A stretch of 64,000 nt of DNA from Octopus vulgaris (lineage: Eukaryota). The stretch spans positions 81,530,001-81,594,000 of the forward strand of contig OX597820.1 of NCBI GenBank assembly GCA_951406725.2. The letters are read 5' to 3'. Numbering within the stretch: the stretch's first letter is position 1; each line of letters opens with the position of its first letter. Positions 42,741-57,169 of this stretch are shown here, piece by piece. The position numbers and the translations under genes were made by a program. Below the pieces are notes generated by a model. That model saw nothing but the letters and a program-made list of their open reading frames with translations. It was not told the DNA's origin and did not search any database.

Positions 42741-43322
42741 CGCCACTAAAAAGCTATTACTGACCGTCAACATAGCGCTTATCAAATTCATTGTCAATGT
42801 TATATTCAAAAATGTCCTCATCGGGATCCTAATGCTATCTAAGTCAGAGGTGTCTGCTTCCTCATATAAAGGATTCCTTCTGTGCTCTGGAGGGAATTGC
42901 TAAAGCCACATTTTTTAAAAGACCGTAAAACTCTCCGTTTACACCGCATTCCCAGCATTTTTTTAATTCACTGGCAAACCTGAGCTTCTACATCCGACCT
43001 GTTGGTGTTAGTTTATGTGGGAGCACCACCCATTTATCCCGTTCCTCCCGCATCTAATACTTAAAAGGTTTGTTTATTGCTAAATCGAGACCTTATACTT
43101 GGCCTGTTAATCTCCCAGGTTTTACAGCCAGTTGAGTGTTTAATCTATTTTCTCTGCTATTGGTGGCCTTTATTACATGAGGCCGGAACTAATCCAATAC
43201 AAGAAGCGATGATTTTTTTTGAGAAGTCCACTGGTAAGCCACGACCACAAGATTTCTAACCAGAGTCTTATTCCACCCTCATCGATCCATCGATCCATCG
43301 ATCCATCGATCCATCCATCCAC

Positions 43323-44011
43323 CTATCCATTAGGGTGAACATAGATGATAATTCCTGGTGAAATATTTTCTTTTGGCATTGTTTTCTGTAAAGGCGGTAA
43401 TTTGGTGTCAACACAACAAGCAAATACACGTGAAAAATGTGATTTCTCATGGCCGGAGGTTTTTTTTATAGCTACAGTTTTAGAATCTTTTACGTCAACA
43501 CACTTATCAGTCAATATATTAAACCTCATGGGAACTTCATCCATATTTGCAATCTGTCTCAATTCAAACTTTGTTTTTTCTTTTCTGGCACTTAAAATAA
43601 GTATGGTTTTATCGGCATTTTTGTGCTATTTTTGTTCGTTTCGTTTCGTTTCGTGATTCTGTAGCTTTGTCTCTTAGTACCAGAAAAATCAAAATGTCCT
43701 CTTGCAGCTACCTTATTTTGACTTCGTAAATGATTTGTTCAGTTGACATTGCAAAATAGTAGCTTTTTGATTTAAAACCTAGGTTTTTATCGCAATTTCA
43801 AGGTCCAATGACTTAGGCTTCGGTTTGCGACGGTTGTATTCAGATCTTCCAGCCTGCTGAAGTTTCTCCTCTCGTTTACGCTAGATACGAACCATTTCCT
43901 TTGTTGAAGAGACCCAAAAATGCATTGCAGCAATTCGGTTGCTATGCTCATTTGCGAATGATATTACTTGATATAACTGACTGAGTAGGGATGTTTTATC
44001 TTTGACGCCAT
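43323..44011 (-). mobile_element. pogo-family (POGK-like) DDE transposase remnant
   Basis: QIANMDEVPMRF...TVAIKKTSGHEKSHF..VFACC..TKLPP; N-terminal FANEHSNRIAA. Confidence 0.75.
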
Positions 44012-44468
44012 TATGAGGTTTTTATAATTATAAAATCTGTCTGCGCATCACGGTCATTCGGTGACAACCTGAGATCAACATCATAAATATGAAAACAAAT
44101 ATCACTAATGGTTAACAGCTACTTAAGCTTTAGATAGCTTGATTATTCTTTATAATAACACTCATGGATTTTTTAAGTTTCCGAATTCGTAATATACATC
44201 GAGGAAGTACCCCTAGTGTTAATTAAAAATAACTGTATCAAATAAAAATGATGTTAACAGTCTGTCAAGAAAACCACAGAATTTGAATATTCTGCTATTT
44301 TTATTTCTTTTATGTTTTGGCAATAATGATTGTTATCCGCTTATTTAAACAAACAACAGTACACAGCAGCTAGGGGCATGGGTATAGATTTGCTTATAAG
44401 ACGCTAAATAAATATATTTGCAATAAGTTACTATAACTACACGTCTGGTTATATTAAACACCCCCCAC

Positions 44469-44581
<113 letters not shown>

Positions 44582-44926
44582 GCATACACATACATTTAGC
44601 AATTCAAACAATGAACTCTAACAACTGATAGCTGTAGTGGCTGTACTGGCTGACCTGTTTACTTCAGACTTCATTGAAGATAGTTATGCCTTAAATGAGA
44701 TGGAATAAAGGAATGTACTACCCTTCTGTGACATCTGCAGGCTGAATAGTAAAATAAGTCCAACATCAACACGCACACACCTCCATTCCCATATAACTAC
44801 CATTCCTTCCTCTCTTTCGATCGTTTCCCCCTCTTCCTCACCAAATACACTCAGAAATACTCAACCAACTTCTGGCACTGGTCAAAAAGAGATAAACAAC
44901 TCTGTTAAACATCCATTAATATTATA

Positions 44927-45058
44927 TCGTCTGAAGAAATGAATTCATGGAGATGCTCTATTCAATGGCCACAGATACTATGGTCTACACTGTATTCATC
45001 CCAGGAATACTGACTGTGATCTTAAGAGACATGTGATTTTTAGAAACGCGCTTACCGA
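44927..45058 (+). ncRNA. Degenerate hammerhead-like motif
   Basis: TCGT-CTGAAGA-(~105 nt)-GAAA-CGCGCTTA-CCGA after a pyrimidine-rich tract; stems imperfect. Confidence 0.3.
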
Positions 45059-45871
45059 GGCATTAAATGTTTATAAATTCCATCCAAGGATTATTGGTAT
45101 TACTACTATCTTTATCCTACATCATATCGGTACAGCTCTATGCACTCACAAATAAACTGGTTCACCAGTCAGCATTATTAGACTGTGGCCGTCATAATTG
45201 AACAGGAGCTTTATTTGCATATTCAAAACGTTTCCTGTAAACAAATTTAATATATTTATTTATATATTGACTGAACTTGCAAAATGACCATTCCTAAATA
45301 CAACAAATTTAATATACATATGTACAATTTAAAATTCAAATAACTAACTCTCTTTGATGAGTTCACTTTTTCATTTTTAAATTCTATCGTAGTTAAATTA
45401 TTTTTCTATAAATCTGTTAATGTAATTATATCCACGTATGGCCGAATCACTTTATTCAGTAAATATGAACAATTTAAATGTTTGTTTCGAATAAGTATTT
45501 GTGAAGAAATACTGTAATCTAACATCTGTACAAGGGTGCTTGATTAACTCTAAGCAGATACTTGACTGATACTTTATTTTATCGAGCTAAAGAATAATGA
45601 AAATACAGTTGGCCTTGATCGAATTTGAACACTGAAGGAAATGAATCGGAAACTAAATAGCTCTCATGTTCGACACTCTAATGTTACTGGTAATCCCGTA
45701 TAAAGTAATAAGCAGTAATCTTTTATAAAATAATTGTTGGTACCCACATACAAAACAAAGAGAATTACAACTTAACGCAAAGAACTGAGTTCATAAAGTT
45801 ATAGTGCATACCTATATATATATATATATATATATATATAATCAAAATAGGCAACAAGTATATCCAAGGTA

Positions 45872-45960
45872 GAGTATTATAATTGTTTCATGCTATTTCT
45901 TTTTATTAAACAGTGTAAGTGTTACATCAGTTTTAAAATGTTGAGCAATCTTCAGCCACT
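45872..45960 (-). ncRNA. Degenerate hammerhead, apparently the same family as 54879-54966
   Basis: Minus strand AGTGG-CTGAAGA-(~59 nt)-GAAA-CAATTA-TA, followed by the tail CCTTGGATATACTTGTTGCCTATTTTGAT-(TA)n. Confidence 0.45.
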
Positions 45961-46088
45961 TATAAAATTTTCCAATCAAACGGACAATGCACATTCTTAT
46001 CCCTATTTCATTGTATGGATAATACCATACAAAATCCTGGTGCCTTTGACTTAATTACCATATTCATCTGAATCTAAATTTTGCTGAA

Positions 46089-46145
<57 letters not shown>

Positions 46146-46264
46146 CAATTGCAGCGTGGAAGGTGTTTATAAGCCATTTATGAAACACAAAAACCGTTAG
46201 CTTCACTTCAACATTTAAATTTAATTTGTCAAAATATTTTCGTCGCTTTGAGACCGTGACACAA

Positions 46265-46762
46265 CTTCGTTCTGTAGCACGTGCAAAATATTGCACGTAA
46301 ACCCAGAGTTTCCACCTTTAAAAACAAGGAGTTATGCCCTTTTTACTCGTGTGATTTTTTGCTACTCTGGTAACTATTTATTTTTTCCGTGTTAATTGTA
46401 AGCAGGGGGAAAATACACACATCTATACATATATACACACATCTATACATACATACATGCATAACATGGTACATAGAATGGGTAAAAATCTGAAAGGAAT
46501 ATCACGTAAAGCAGCCAATCAGTATCAACAGCATACCTGACATTTCAAAATTAAACATGGTATTTTAGTAGACGACATTGAGATAATCCTTACCGCGCAC
46601 ACACATTATCCAATGTTTTCTCATAATACAGAAGCACTATACATATAAATGCAGAATCAGAACCAATCCAAAGTCGGAAAAAGATCCTATTAAGCTGATC
46701 CCCTTCATACATACACGCGCGCACTCACGCACGCACGCACGCAAGCACACACACACGCACAC

Positions 46763-46808
<46 letters not shown>

Positions 46809-46881
46809 GCTCTCTCTCTCACATGCACACACAACACACAACACACACACACATCCTGTTTATATATATTTATATATAGAT
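46265..46881 (-). mobile_element. Possible non-autonomous Helitron
   Basis: Minus strand starts ATCTATATATAAAT and ends near the hairpin CGTGCAA-tatt-TTGCACG; a terminal CTRR is not clear. Confidence 0.3.
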
Positions 46882-47234
46882 GATCTCGAAATAATCTCAT
46901 TTTGTTCGGAATGGGCCACTTTTCCTAATATCATAGCAGAAAGTAAGTCAATTGTGCCAACCAATTCTTTCTCTTTCCTAACCTTGTTCTCTGCAGTATA
47001 TATATTAACTTAATATTGTTATTTTTACTTCTTGAATTATATAATCGACCTATTATAGGATTTGTTTATTGTTTCTCTCATAAAATTTAATTTACCTTTC
47101 ATAATTTCAAGTTTTATCGGCATATTTGAAATACAGCGTAAAGGATACTATTGCATTCCATGCATATACACGCCATTGCGAACGTCTGTGGATATATGTA
47201 CATCTATGTGTGTGTATGTGCACGTGCATGTGCT

Positions 47235-47266
<32 letters not shown>

Positions 47267-48600
47267 CGTGCATGCGTGGGTGTGTGTGTATCTACACAGG
47301 GTGGGGCATTTAAATTTAGGCCGTTTTAAATATATCTTAAGTGTCGTGAATTAAGAGCTAATCTTTTGCATGTAATGAATTTAAGATATCAAATTTAAGT
47401 TTTTTTTGTTTTGTTTATTTACATATTGTGGTTGAATGTACTAGAATTATGCTATAATTGCGCCAAAATGTTTTTGCTAAAATGAACTGCGCTGGGCGTC
47501 GCCTCATGACTTCATTGCCGATACAGGGCGTTGCCTGACGACATCATTGTAAAAGCAGCAGATTATCGTACTTTGGTTAAGCTTAAGGCTACAAAAGATA
47601 TCATTGGTTCATTTTATGGTAATCGAACGATTGTAAATATGATCATAACTTTCTCTGTGATTTTAAAACGACCTGTTCCCATCAAGAAAAAGTTTCCACA
47701 AACTGACCCCCACCAAAAATCAAAACAAAACAAAAGGAAATACAAAGCATTTTATGAGCAGGAGTGTGGTGTTTAGGTCCATTAAAACTGACTTAGACGA
47801 AAGACATGTTTGCAAGCATGGAGATATTCTTTTTTCCAAATCTAAAATTTTTACGAAAAGATGTTCATAGACGATTAGATCAATCCTCATAAGAGCAGAA
47901 TTATGGTATTTTAGTTTTCCATGATTCCTGAAGTTATGCAAAGAAAGAGCCCAGTCTTAGTGATGGCATTTGGAATAGCTATAAGCAATAGGCATTTCTT
48001 GTCCCCTCAATGCATCACAGTAAGTTTCGACATCAACAAGTCTGAGTATTAAACTTCATAAAATTCTGAAAATTTGATTATCAAAAATTATAAGGTTCGT
48101 TTTGTCCAAATCTCTGCACCAGCAAAATGTATAAAGAATCTCTGTTTTCTTCCCGTATCTTGCCATCCATCTTCCTCATTTCTTTCTTCTATCCTTTCCG
48201 GTTCCTTCTCTGCTCTTTCCTGGGCTGAAAATCCCAGCATCTATACCTTTTTCTTTCCGCATGAGGATTAAGCAGGGGCACTTGCACCCATCTTTCTTAC
48301 CACAACCTTCCATCTTTTCTCGAACACACCTCCCCTACTAAACAAGGTTTTTGAACACACCTCCCCTACTAAACAAGGTTTTTGAAACTTGTCTCTGTCT
48401 GTACACATATATAATCCCCACCCTTTACCGAAAGCTGAACAGTTATCTCACTTACCCACAACAATAACAATAATAACGACAACCAATTACCTCCCTTTAT
48501 TTATCTACTTGTGAAGTCATTCACTCGTGAATTTCATCACACACAACATGGACCAAATTTCTTCTTAAGAAAAAATATACATTCAAATAAGTAAAACATA

Positions 48601-48755
48601 ATATCATGAATAGCGATAGCGAAACCTGTCGATATATTAAAAATTATATTAAAACTATGTAAGTGTACGTATTTTTCTTTTTTTCTTTTTTATATACATT
48701 ACAACTCACAACGTGGGGATAATCGAAATTCCTCCTTTCTGTTACTACTACTACT
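48601..48755 (+). mobile_element. Degenerate hammerhead plus tail; the tail recurs inverted at 59571-59692
   Basis: ATATC-ATGAATA-GC gata GC-GAAA-CCT-GTC-GATAT (stem I ATATC/GATAT); tail ...GTGGGGATAATCGAAATTCCTC..CTGTTACTACT-(TA)n. Confidence 0.5.
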
Positions 48756-49400
48756 ATATATATATATATATATATACATACATAAATGCACCCATACATA
48801 CACACTCACGCAAACACACACACACACATATATACACGTATACAATATGTGTGTGTATGTGAGTGTCAATTCATGTGAATATTTACTTTTAAAGTAGCCG
48901 GCTATAGTGGTTGAAATTCTAACCCTCCACTTGCCAATGAAAATTCTGTATTTTTGGAAATGCAACATTATTCTACTTGCTTCTGTCTCGCCTTTCTGAG
49001 CGTTATGTTCAAGTCATCAGTGGAAGTTACATCTCCAATGTAGAAATATATGTAGAAAGAGAGAGCAAGGGGAGAGAGGGAAACAAAGAAAGGGAATAAG
49101 GGAATCAGTGAAAAAATAGAAAGGGGAAACATGAAAGAGAGAGAGAAAGAGAGAGGTAGACAGAGAGGGAGAGGGAGGCAGAGAGAGAAGGAGAGAGAGG
49201 GTGGAGGAGGGAGAGAGAGATGCAGACAGAGAAGGAGAGAGGGGGAGGGGGAGGGAGAGAGAGGGAGAGGGAAGGTTTATATTATTAGAGATATGGTAAA
49301 TAGATAGGTCGGTTGATAGATAGATAGATAGATGAACAGACAGAAAAATAGACATAAAAAAGATAGATAAATAGAAAGACAAAAATAGACATATAAAAAC

Positions 49401-49483
<83 letters not shown>

Positions 49484-49908
49484 TGATTTGCTAAAACGAT
49501 ACAAGTTCAGACGTTCAGTTTTGTCTTTCTCTTAGCCTATTGTACGTTATGCGTCATTCATAGTCAGTTTTTAAAACCGTCATTCATAAGCGACGCATCA
49601 ATGTCTTTTTGTTTTTTTAAATGATTCTTTCACTCCAATCTTTCTATGCATGTCGTTGTTTCTTTTTCATGTTATGTTATCTTCTCAGAGAGACTTGAAA
49701 TATATCCGCAGTGATACAACTTTTGAATTCCTAGTGTTATGTTCTGTTATCATACAAAATTAAAAGTATACTATAAATGTGTTTTTTTTTTTGTTGTTTT
49801 TTAGCTGCTGTAAATCGTTTTGTTTACATTTTGAAAGCGACCTCTGGTGCATTACTTTTACAATAACGATCGACAGGAGTCGTCATTTCGCGTCCAGTGT
49901 TTTTACCG

Positions 49909-50133
49909 AACCCTTTCGTTACCAACCCGGCTGAAACCGGCTCTGGCTCTTCAGTACAAATGTCTTGTTTTCATAAGTTTTGAATTCAAAATTTCCACCA
50001 AATTTTAGTCACAATTTATGTTCCTAACACTAGCTCAATGATAACGATGTTATTTTACTAAATTCTTTCTTATATTTAAAATAATTGGAAGAAACACAGA
50101 GCATCTCAAAATAAATACAGTAACGAAAGGGTT
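49909..50133. mobile_element. MITE with 14-bp TIRs (piggyBac-like CCCT ends)
   Basis: AACCCTTTCGTTAC ... GTAACGAAAGGGTT; second copy at 1890-2097. Confidence 0.8.
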
Positions 50134-50149
50134 GCTATGTATGCGTCGA

Positions 50150-50362
50150 TTCATATTACAGCTTATCACCCCATATCTAACGGAATGACAAAGTTTTCAT
50201 CGATAGCTTCAAGCAGCTTTACGAGCACATTGCAATTCAGAAAGATGGTGAGGAACCCTGCCGAGTATGTTACTGTGTTTATGTACCGTTGTCAAGGAAG
50301 ACCGAGGTGATTGCTCTCCGGTAGAATTACTGTATGATTCAGCACTTAAACTGGCTGGTCAA
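50150..50362 (+). mobile_element. Gypsy-type integrase remnant
   Basis: TAYHPISNGM and LCTVVKED..CSPVELLYDSALKLAGQ match the integrase TAYHPQSNG / SPAEL.YG..LRLPG motifs. Confidence 0.7.
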
Positions 50363-50369
50363 ATGTTAC

Positions 50370-50578
50370 TCTCTTTTTTCTCTTTTACTTGTTTCAGTCA
50401 TTTGACTGCGGCCATGCTGGAGCACCGCCTTTTAGTAGAGCAAATCGACCCCGGGACTTATTCTTTGTAAGCCCAGTACTTATTCTATCGGTCTATTTTG
50501 CCGAACCGCTAAGTGACGGGGACGTAAACACACCAGCATCGGTTGTCAAGCAATGCTAGGGGGACAAACACAGACACA

Positions 50579-50656
<78 letters not shown>

Positions 50657-51234
50657 CATATATACGACAGGCTTCTTTCAGTTTCCGTCTACTAAATCCA
50701 CTCACAAGGCATTGGTCGGCCCGGGGCTATAGCAGAAGACACTTGCCCAAGATGCCACGCAGTGGGACTGAACCCAGAACCATGTGGTTGGTTAGCTAGC
50801 TACTAACCACACAGCCACTCCTATTGACTATAACTTCTAAACAACATGATCCTACCAACAATAAATCATCGAAATCATACGATGGTGTTACCTACGTAAT
50901 ACCAAGACTGCATCAGTCGATTAACCCAATATGAATACTTGGACTCACGTATATTTTTCATTAAAATATACAGACACGCACACGTACGCACGCATGTACA
51001 CACGTACACACAGACACATACTGGTGTGTGTATGAGTGTGTGTGTTTGTGTTGTAATGAAAATGATTATATCCTCGGAGTGGCTGTGTGGCAAGAAGCTT
51101 GTTTCCCAATCACATGGTTCCAGGTTCAGTCCCACTGCGTGACACTTTGGGCAAGTGTCTTCTATCTTGGCCTCAAGCCGATCAAAGCCTTGTGAGTGGA
51201 TTTAGAAGACAGAAACTGAAAGAAGCCCGTCGTG

Positions 51235-51326
<92 letters not shown>

Positions 51327-51565
51327 TGTATGTATGTAGGTATATATATATGTGTGTGTCTGTGTGTCTGTATTTGTCCCCTATCATCGCTTAACAACTG
51401 ATGGTGGTGTGTTTACGTCCCCGTAACTTAACGGTCTGGCAAAAGGTATCGATAAAATAAGTACTAGGCTGACAAAGAATAAGTCTTGGGTTTGATTTGT
51501 TCGACTAAAGCCGGTGCTCCAGCTTGGCCGTAGTCAAATGACTGAAGCAAGTAAAAGAGTAAAAG
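50370..51565. mobile_element. Two full-length copies of the abundant SINE, head to head (50370-50822 minus, 51075-51565 plus)
   Basis: Both carry the tRNA-like head, CTTGTGAGTGGATTT, an internal microsatellite and the tail CAAATGACTGAA.CAAGTAAAAGAG. Confidence 0.85.
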
Positions 51566-51597
51566 ATGAATAATAGAACACACACACACACATATAC

Positions 51598-52221
<624 letters not shown>

Positions 52222-52652
52222 GCACATATGCATATATAGGTGCAGGACGTTGCCAAGAGATGAAATACGAAAACAAATTAATTCAATACTCAAACAACAA
52301 GAGGAACAAATGGAAAACAGGACAAGTAACATAAAGAACGACCCTTTATCAGTAGTTGGCTGTCTACCTACTCCTAATTTCGAGCATTGAATGACAATAT
52401 GAGTCTTCGAAGACAGTTGCTCTTATAAGTATAAAAATAAAATTTTGGATTTACGGATGGTCAAAGTTGGGAACAAAAACAGGACAGTGGAGACATATAA
52501 GGAAACTGGACAAAAACAGACATGTAGGGTCGTTAGACGTCTACGAGGGTAAAATAGCGAACGCTGGAGATGTATTTTCTATGAAAAAAGAAAAGATAGG
52601 ATGCAGTTGTGCTTTTAATACAAGTTTAAGAAAAGAGTTGTTCTCAGTATAT

Positions 52653-52711
<59 letters not shown>

Positions 52712-52929
52712 TGTGTGTGAGTGTTTGCATTCGCTCGCACGCGCATGTTTGTAAATGTTTTTGTGTGAGTATAAATTATCAGGTGATCTCGTATATCTTA
52801 CGATTCACTGTTTATGAATGAGGACGTTTTTACTCAAAGCGATATTCAAACCGCTGATAAGTAGATATCTTGCCGCTTCATCCCTACACACGAACACACA
52901 CACATACATACATGCATACTTATATGTGA

Positions 52930-52980
<51 letters not shown>

Positions 52981-54196
52981 TGTGTGTGTGCCTAAATTGC
53001 TTCGAAAGTCAGCAGTATATTACGTAGGCGTCTACAAATATGTAAATATTTTCTTGTTTATATCATTCCACTTTAGAGAATAGCGCTCTTTTGTAAATAA
53101 ACATTATCTGAGAATAGATTTCTTCCATAACTATACATTATATGTTTGTTTGTGTGCATTTATGCGTGTATAGTTGAATGTATCTTGTATATGCGTGTAG
53201 AGTAAAATGTATTTATTCACGAACTTACTATCTCGCCTGGCGGCGTCGGAAAGTTAATGGAAAAATAGGCTTAAAAGCCAAAAGATTGTTACGTACTCTG
53301 TCAAAAATGTTCTGATATTGTTGTGTGTTTGACATTAATCTTAAACTGAAATAATCTACTCGCTGTCAAAGACACTCACTCTGATATTAATGCAATCTGA
53401 ATACTAAATTTTCCATCAACCAATCCACTCACTCGCTTTCGAACCAACTAGGCAGTCTGTGGTCTCTTGACCAGTTAGATATAGTAGCTACCTCTTCTCG
53501 AAATGAATCACACCTACTTAAACAACGAAGGACACATTGATTAGTGAAGCAATAGATTTCCAGAAAGTGTGTGTATGGTCGACTCTAAAATACATTTCGT
53601 TATAAAATCTACGAGTTAGGAGCTTCGTTGATACTTTAAAATAACAAAACAGCGCCAACAGCAGCTTCAAAACAACGACAGCACTACAAAGTCAGCATAT
53701 TTATTGCAATGGTGACTGTAAAGAAAAGAAAGGCTTCATAAATGTTAATGATAATTCTTATGAAGAAATGCAAGAAAGACAACGTCATGCCTATATATAT
53801 ATATATATATATATACACAAGAAAAAAGCAACAAAAATGGAACAAAAATGGATCAATATTTCGGTACAATTGTTTCGTACGAAGATCACCTTAATTGCTT
53901 TTACTATATATATATATATATAACTTAGCAGTGCGGCAAAAGAAACCGATAGAAGTACTAGGCTTACAAATAATAAGTCTTGGGGTAGATTTGTTATTTT
54001 AATTTTAATAACTATATAGTTATAATATTTCTATTATATGTAATTTTCTAGATGGTGTAATTTAATTGTTCATTTTGAATTGATAAAAGCTTGTTTTTTT
54101 CTGTATATTATATTTTGTGAAATTTGATTTGGTATTTCTAAATTGAATTTTCCCCTGTAAGTTAGGAATAATATTCCCTCAAATAATAATAATAAT

Positions 54197-54290
<94 letters not shown>

Positions 54291-54878
54291 CGGTGTGTTT
54301 ATGTCCACGTAACTTTGCAGACACACATACATACATATCAGACTCACATACATAGTCACACAAACCCATACACATAGACACACTCAAACATCCACACAAG
54401 GAGACAGAGGTACACACACAAATACACACACACACAAACACATGAATATGCAGAATAAATACATACAAACGTACACACACATACACATATATATATATAC
54501 ATATATATATATGCACACACATACACAAACGCATACATATATTACATTACATTATATACATACATGCGTACATACATACATACATACATACATACATACA
54601 TACATACATACATACATACATACATACATACATACATGCATATGCATGAAGCACACACAAGAGCACAAGCAAACATACTAAAAGAAACGCATCTCCCATA
54701 ACGGAAAGCGTCAACGACTATTGAAGTGGATGCAAAAAGTAAGGAAAATTTTAGAAAAAAAAAGGTAAATGAGTGGAAATCAAACTGGTGAATGTGTCAA
54801 TTAATAAGACACTTAAACAGAATGACTCTCCTCAAACACAATTACATATATATATATTATATGGGATATCAAGAGGTG

Positions 54879-54966
54879 ACGCAGTACGACCGTTTCAAGC
54901 GGATCCATTTAATTGAACAATGCAATAATTACATCAATATAAATGCAGGGCCATCCTCAGCTGCAT
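54879..54966 (-). ncRNA. Type I hammerhead ribozyme with long stem II region
   Basis: Minus strand ATGCAG-CTGAGGA-(~57 nt)-GAAA-CGGTCG-TA-CTGCGT; 6-bp stem I, near-palindromic ACGGTCGT. Confidence 0.75.
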
Positions 54967-55052
54967 AAATAAAGAAATAGAATTATTAATCAGTGGGACA
55001 CATTAATATAATTTTACTCAAAAGCTGTAATAGAGCAAGAAGATGGAAAGAT

Positions 55053-55122
55053 TCCATGTTGCCACTAATGTAGCTAAGAATATACTACAGTATATTCTTA
55101 GCTACATTAGTGGCAACATGGA
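55053..55122. repeat. Perfect 34-bp inverted repeat with 2-nt spacer
   Basis: TCCATGTTGCCACTAATGTAGCTAAGAATATACT-ac-AGTATATTCTTAGCTACATTAGTGGCAACATGGA. Confidence 0.95.
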
Positions 55123-55233
55123 CTCTTGATATCCAGTTGCTTATTTTGATTTTAGTCACCTTACGTTGAGTTGTACGGATAATACCGCACTGATTTCGTA
55201 CTTCAACTCAAGTACCTAATTCAACTGAATCTC

Positions 55234-55274
<41 letters not shown>

Positions 55275-55479
55275 TACATACATACATACATACATACATA
55301 CATACATACATACATACATACATACATACATACACACATACATATATATATATACATGTACATGCATACATACATACATACATACACACACACACATATA
55401 TATATATATATACACTCGAAGGATTTCTTTTAGTTTCCATCTACCAAATCCACTCACAAGGCTTTGGTCGGCCCGAGGC

Positions 55480-56257
55480 TATAGTAGAAAACACTTGCCC
55501 AAGATGCCACACAGTGGGACTGAACCCCAAACCATGTGGTTGGGAAGCAGGCTTCTTACCACACAGACACGCCTGCGCCTTATACACAAGCGCGCGCGCG
55601 TGTGTGTGTGTGTGCGTGTGTGTGTGTGTATGTGTGTGCGTGTATTTAGAGAAAGGGGGTTCCTCTTGAAGTTTATTGAGAGAAGGTACAACTTCATGAT
55701 CATCTGATACATTACAAATATTCCTTTCATTGCTGATCAGACGTTAACTCACGCCACGTACTTCTAGTCCTATTGGCTGTCACTGTTCGTGTGATATTAT
55801 ATTCTATTGCTTCTGTGGTGTGATTCACGTCACAGTAAAAAAAGAAAGCAAAGATATTTTAGGGTTAATACCGTCACGCATGCTCATTCGCAATCACAAA
55901 TAGTAACGCATACAATTGTTTACACATATATAAATATGCCTGTGTATGTGAGCGTACGTATGTGTGTGCATGAATGTGTGTGTGTATATGTATAACAGAC
56001 ACATGGACACACATATATACTTATACATAAAAATATATGCATATATAAATGTATACATAGGCACAGGCGTGGCTGTGTGGTAAGACTTTTGTTTCCCTGG
56101 CACATGGTTCTAGGTTCAATCTGACTACATGACATCTTGGGCAATTGTGTTCTACTATAGCCTCACGCTCACAAAAGCCTTGTGAGTGGATTTATTACGG
56201 AAACTGAAAGAAGGCCGTTGTATATAAATATATGTGGGCGCTCATGCGTCTCGGTGT

Positions 56258-56304
<47 letters not shown>

Positions 56305-56380
56305 ATGGTGTGTATCTGAGGCTCTGTCCCCCGCCACCAGTTGACAATCGGTGTTTGTTTTGATTACGTCATCGTAACTT
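55480..56380. repeat. Old local duplication, copy 1 (SINE - unique core - SINE)
   Basis: Collinear with 61380-62295, including TTAACTCACGCCACGT...GTCCTATTGGCTGTCACTG...GTGATTCACGTCACAG. Confidence 0.85.
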
Positions 56381-56968
56381 TAGCAGTTCGGCAAAAGAGT
56401 CCGATAAAATAGTACCAGACTGGGACAGCACCTGGAAAGATTTAGCTGAACCAGTCGACTTCAGTACTTATTCAACCGATTCGTTTTGCCGAACCACTTT
56501 GTTACGAGGATGTCAAAACACCAACACCGGTTGTCAAGCGGTGGTGGGACACGCAACATACACACACAAAAATGTTCTCTACCCTTGGCCCGAGGGTAGA
56601 GTACAAGGCAATCGTCCAAAATGATAGGCAGTGGGACTGAACCTATGTTAAAAAGATGCACATAAACATATCTTTAATCTTTTACTTGTTTCAGTCATTA
56701 AACTGCCTGCCATGATGAGGCACCGCTTTGAAAGGAATTTAGTCGAACGAATCTATCCCGCTAGCTTTTCTTCTCCTTAAAGCGTGATACTTATTCTATT
56801 GCACACTTTTGCCCAACCGCTAGGTTACGTGGATGTAAACACACCAATAACGACTGCGAAGTGGTGATGGGAGACAAACACAGAAACAAAGTCTGACATA
56901 CGCACATGTGTGTGTGTGTATGTGTATGTATGTGTGTGAGTGAGTGTGTGTGCGTTTGTGTGTGTATG

Positions 56969-57011
<43 letters not shown>

Positions 57012-57169
57012 CGGTTCCCGTGGAGTGGGTTGTTCGGGGGTCTGCGCACGCGCGCGCCTTGGCGCGTACTGGGGGTTGGTCGGCCCCATGGGCTTGCGTT
57101 GTATTGTTTGTGTGTTGCGTGTGTGAGCGTGCTTCGTGTGTGTGGGCGTGCTTCGTGTGTGTGCGTACG

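Noticed and set aside
48322-48386. 31-bp tandem duplication (similar ones at 31182-31272 and 33805-33880)
   Set aside because: Ordinary local slippage duplications with no further structure
52240-52420. CTGATAA and GAAA motifs on the minus strand, possible permuted hammerhead
   Set aside because: Core is mutated and I could not build convincing stems
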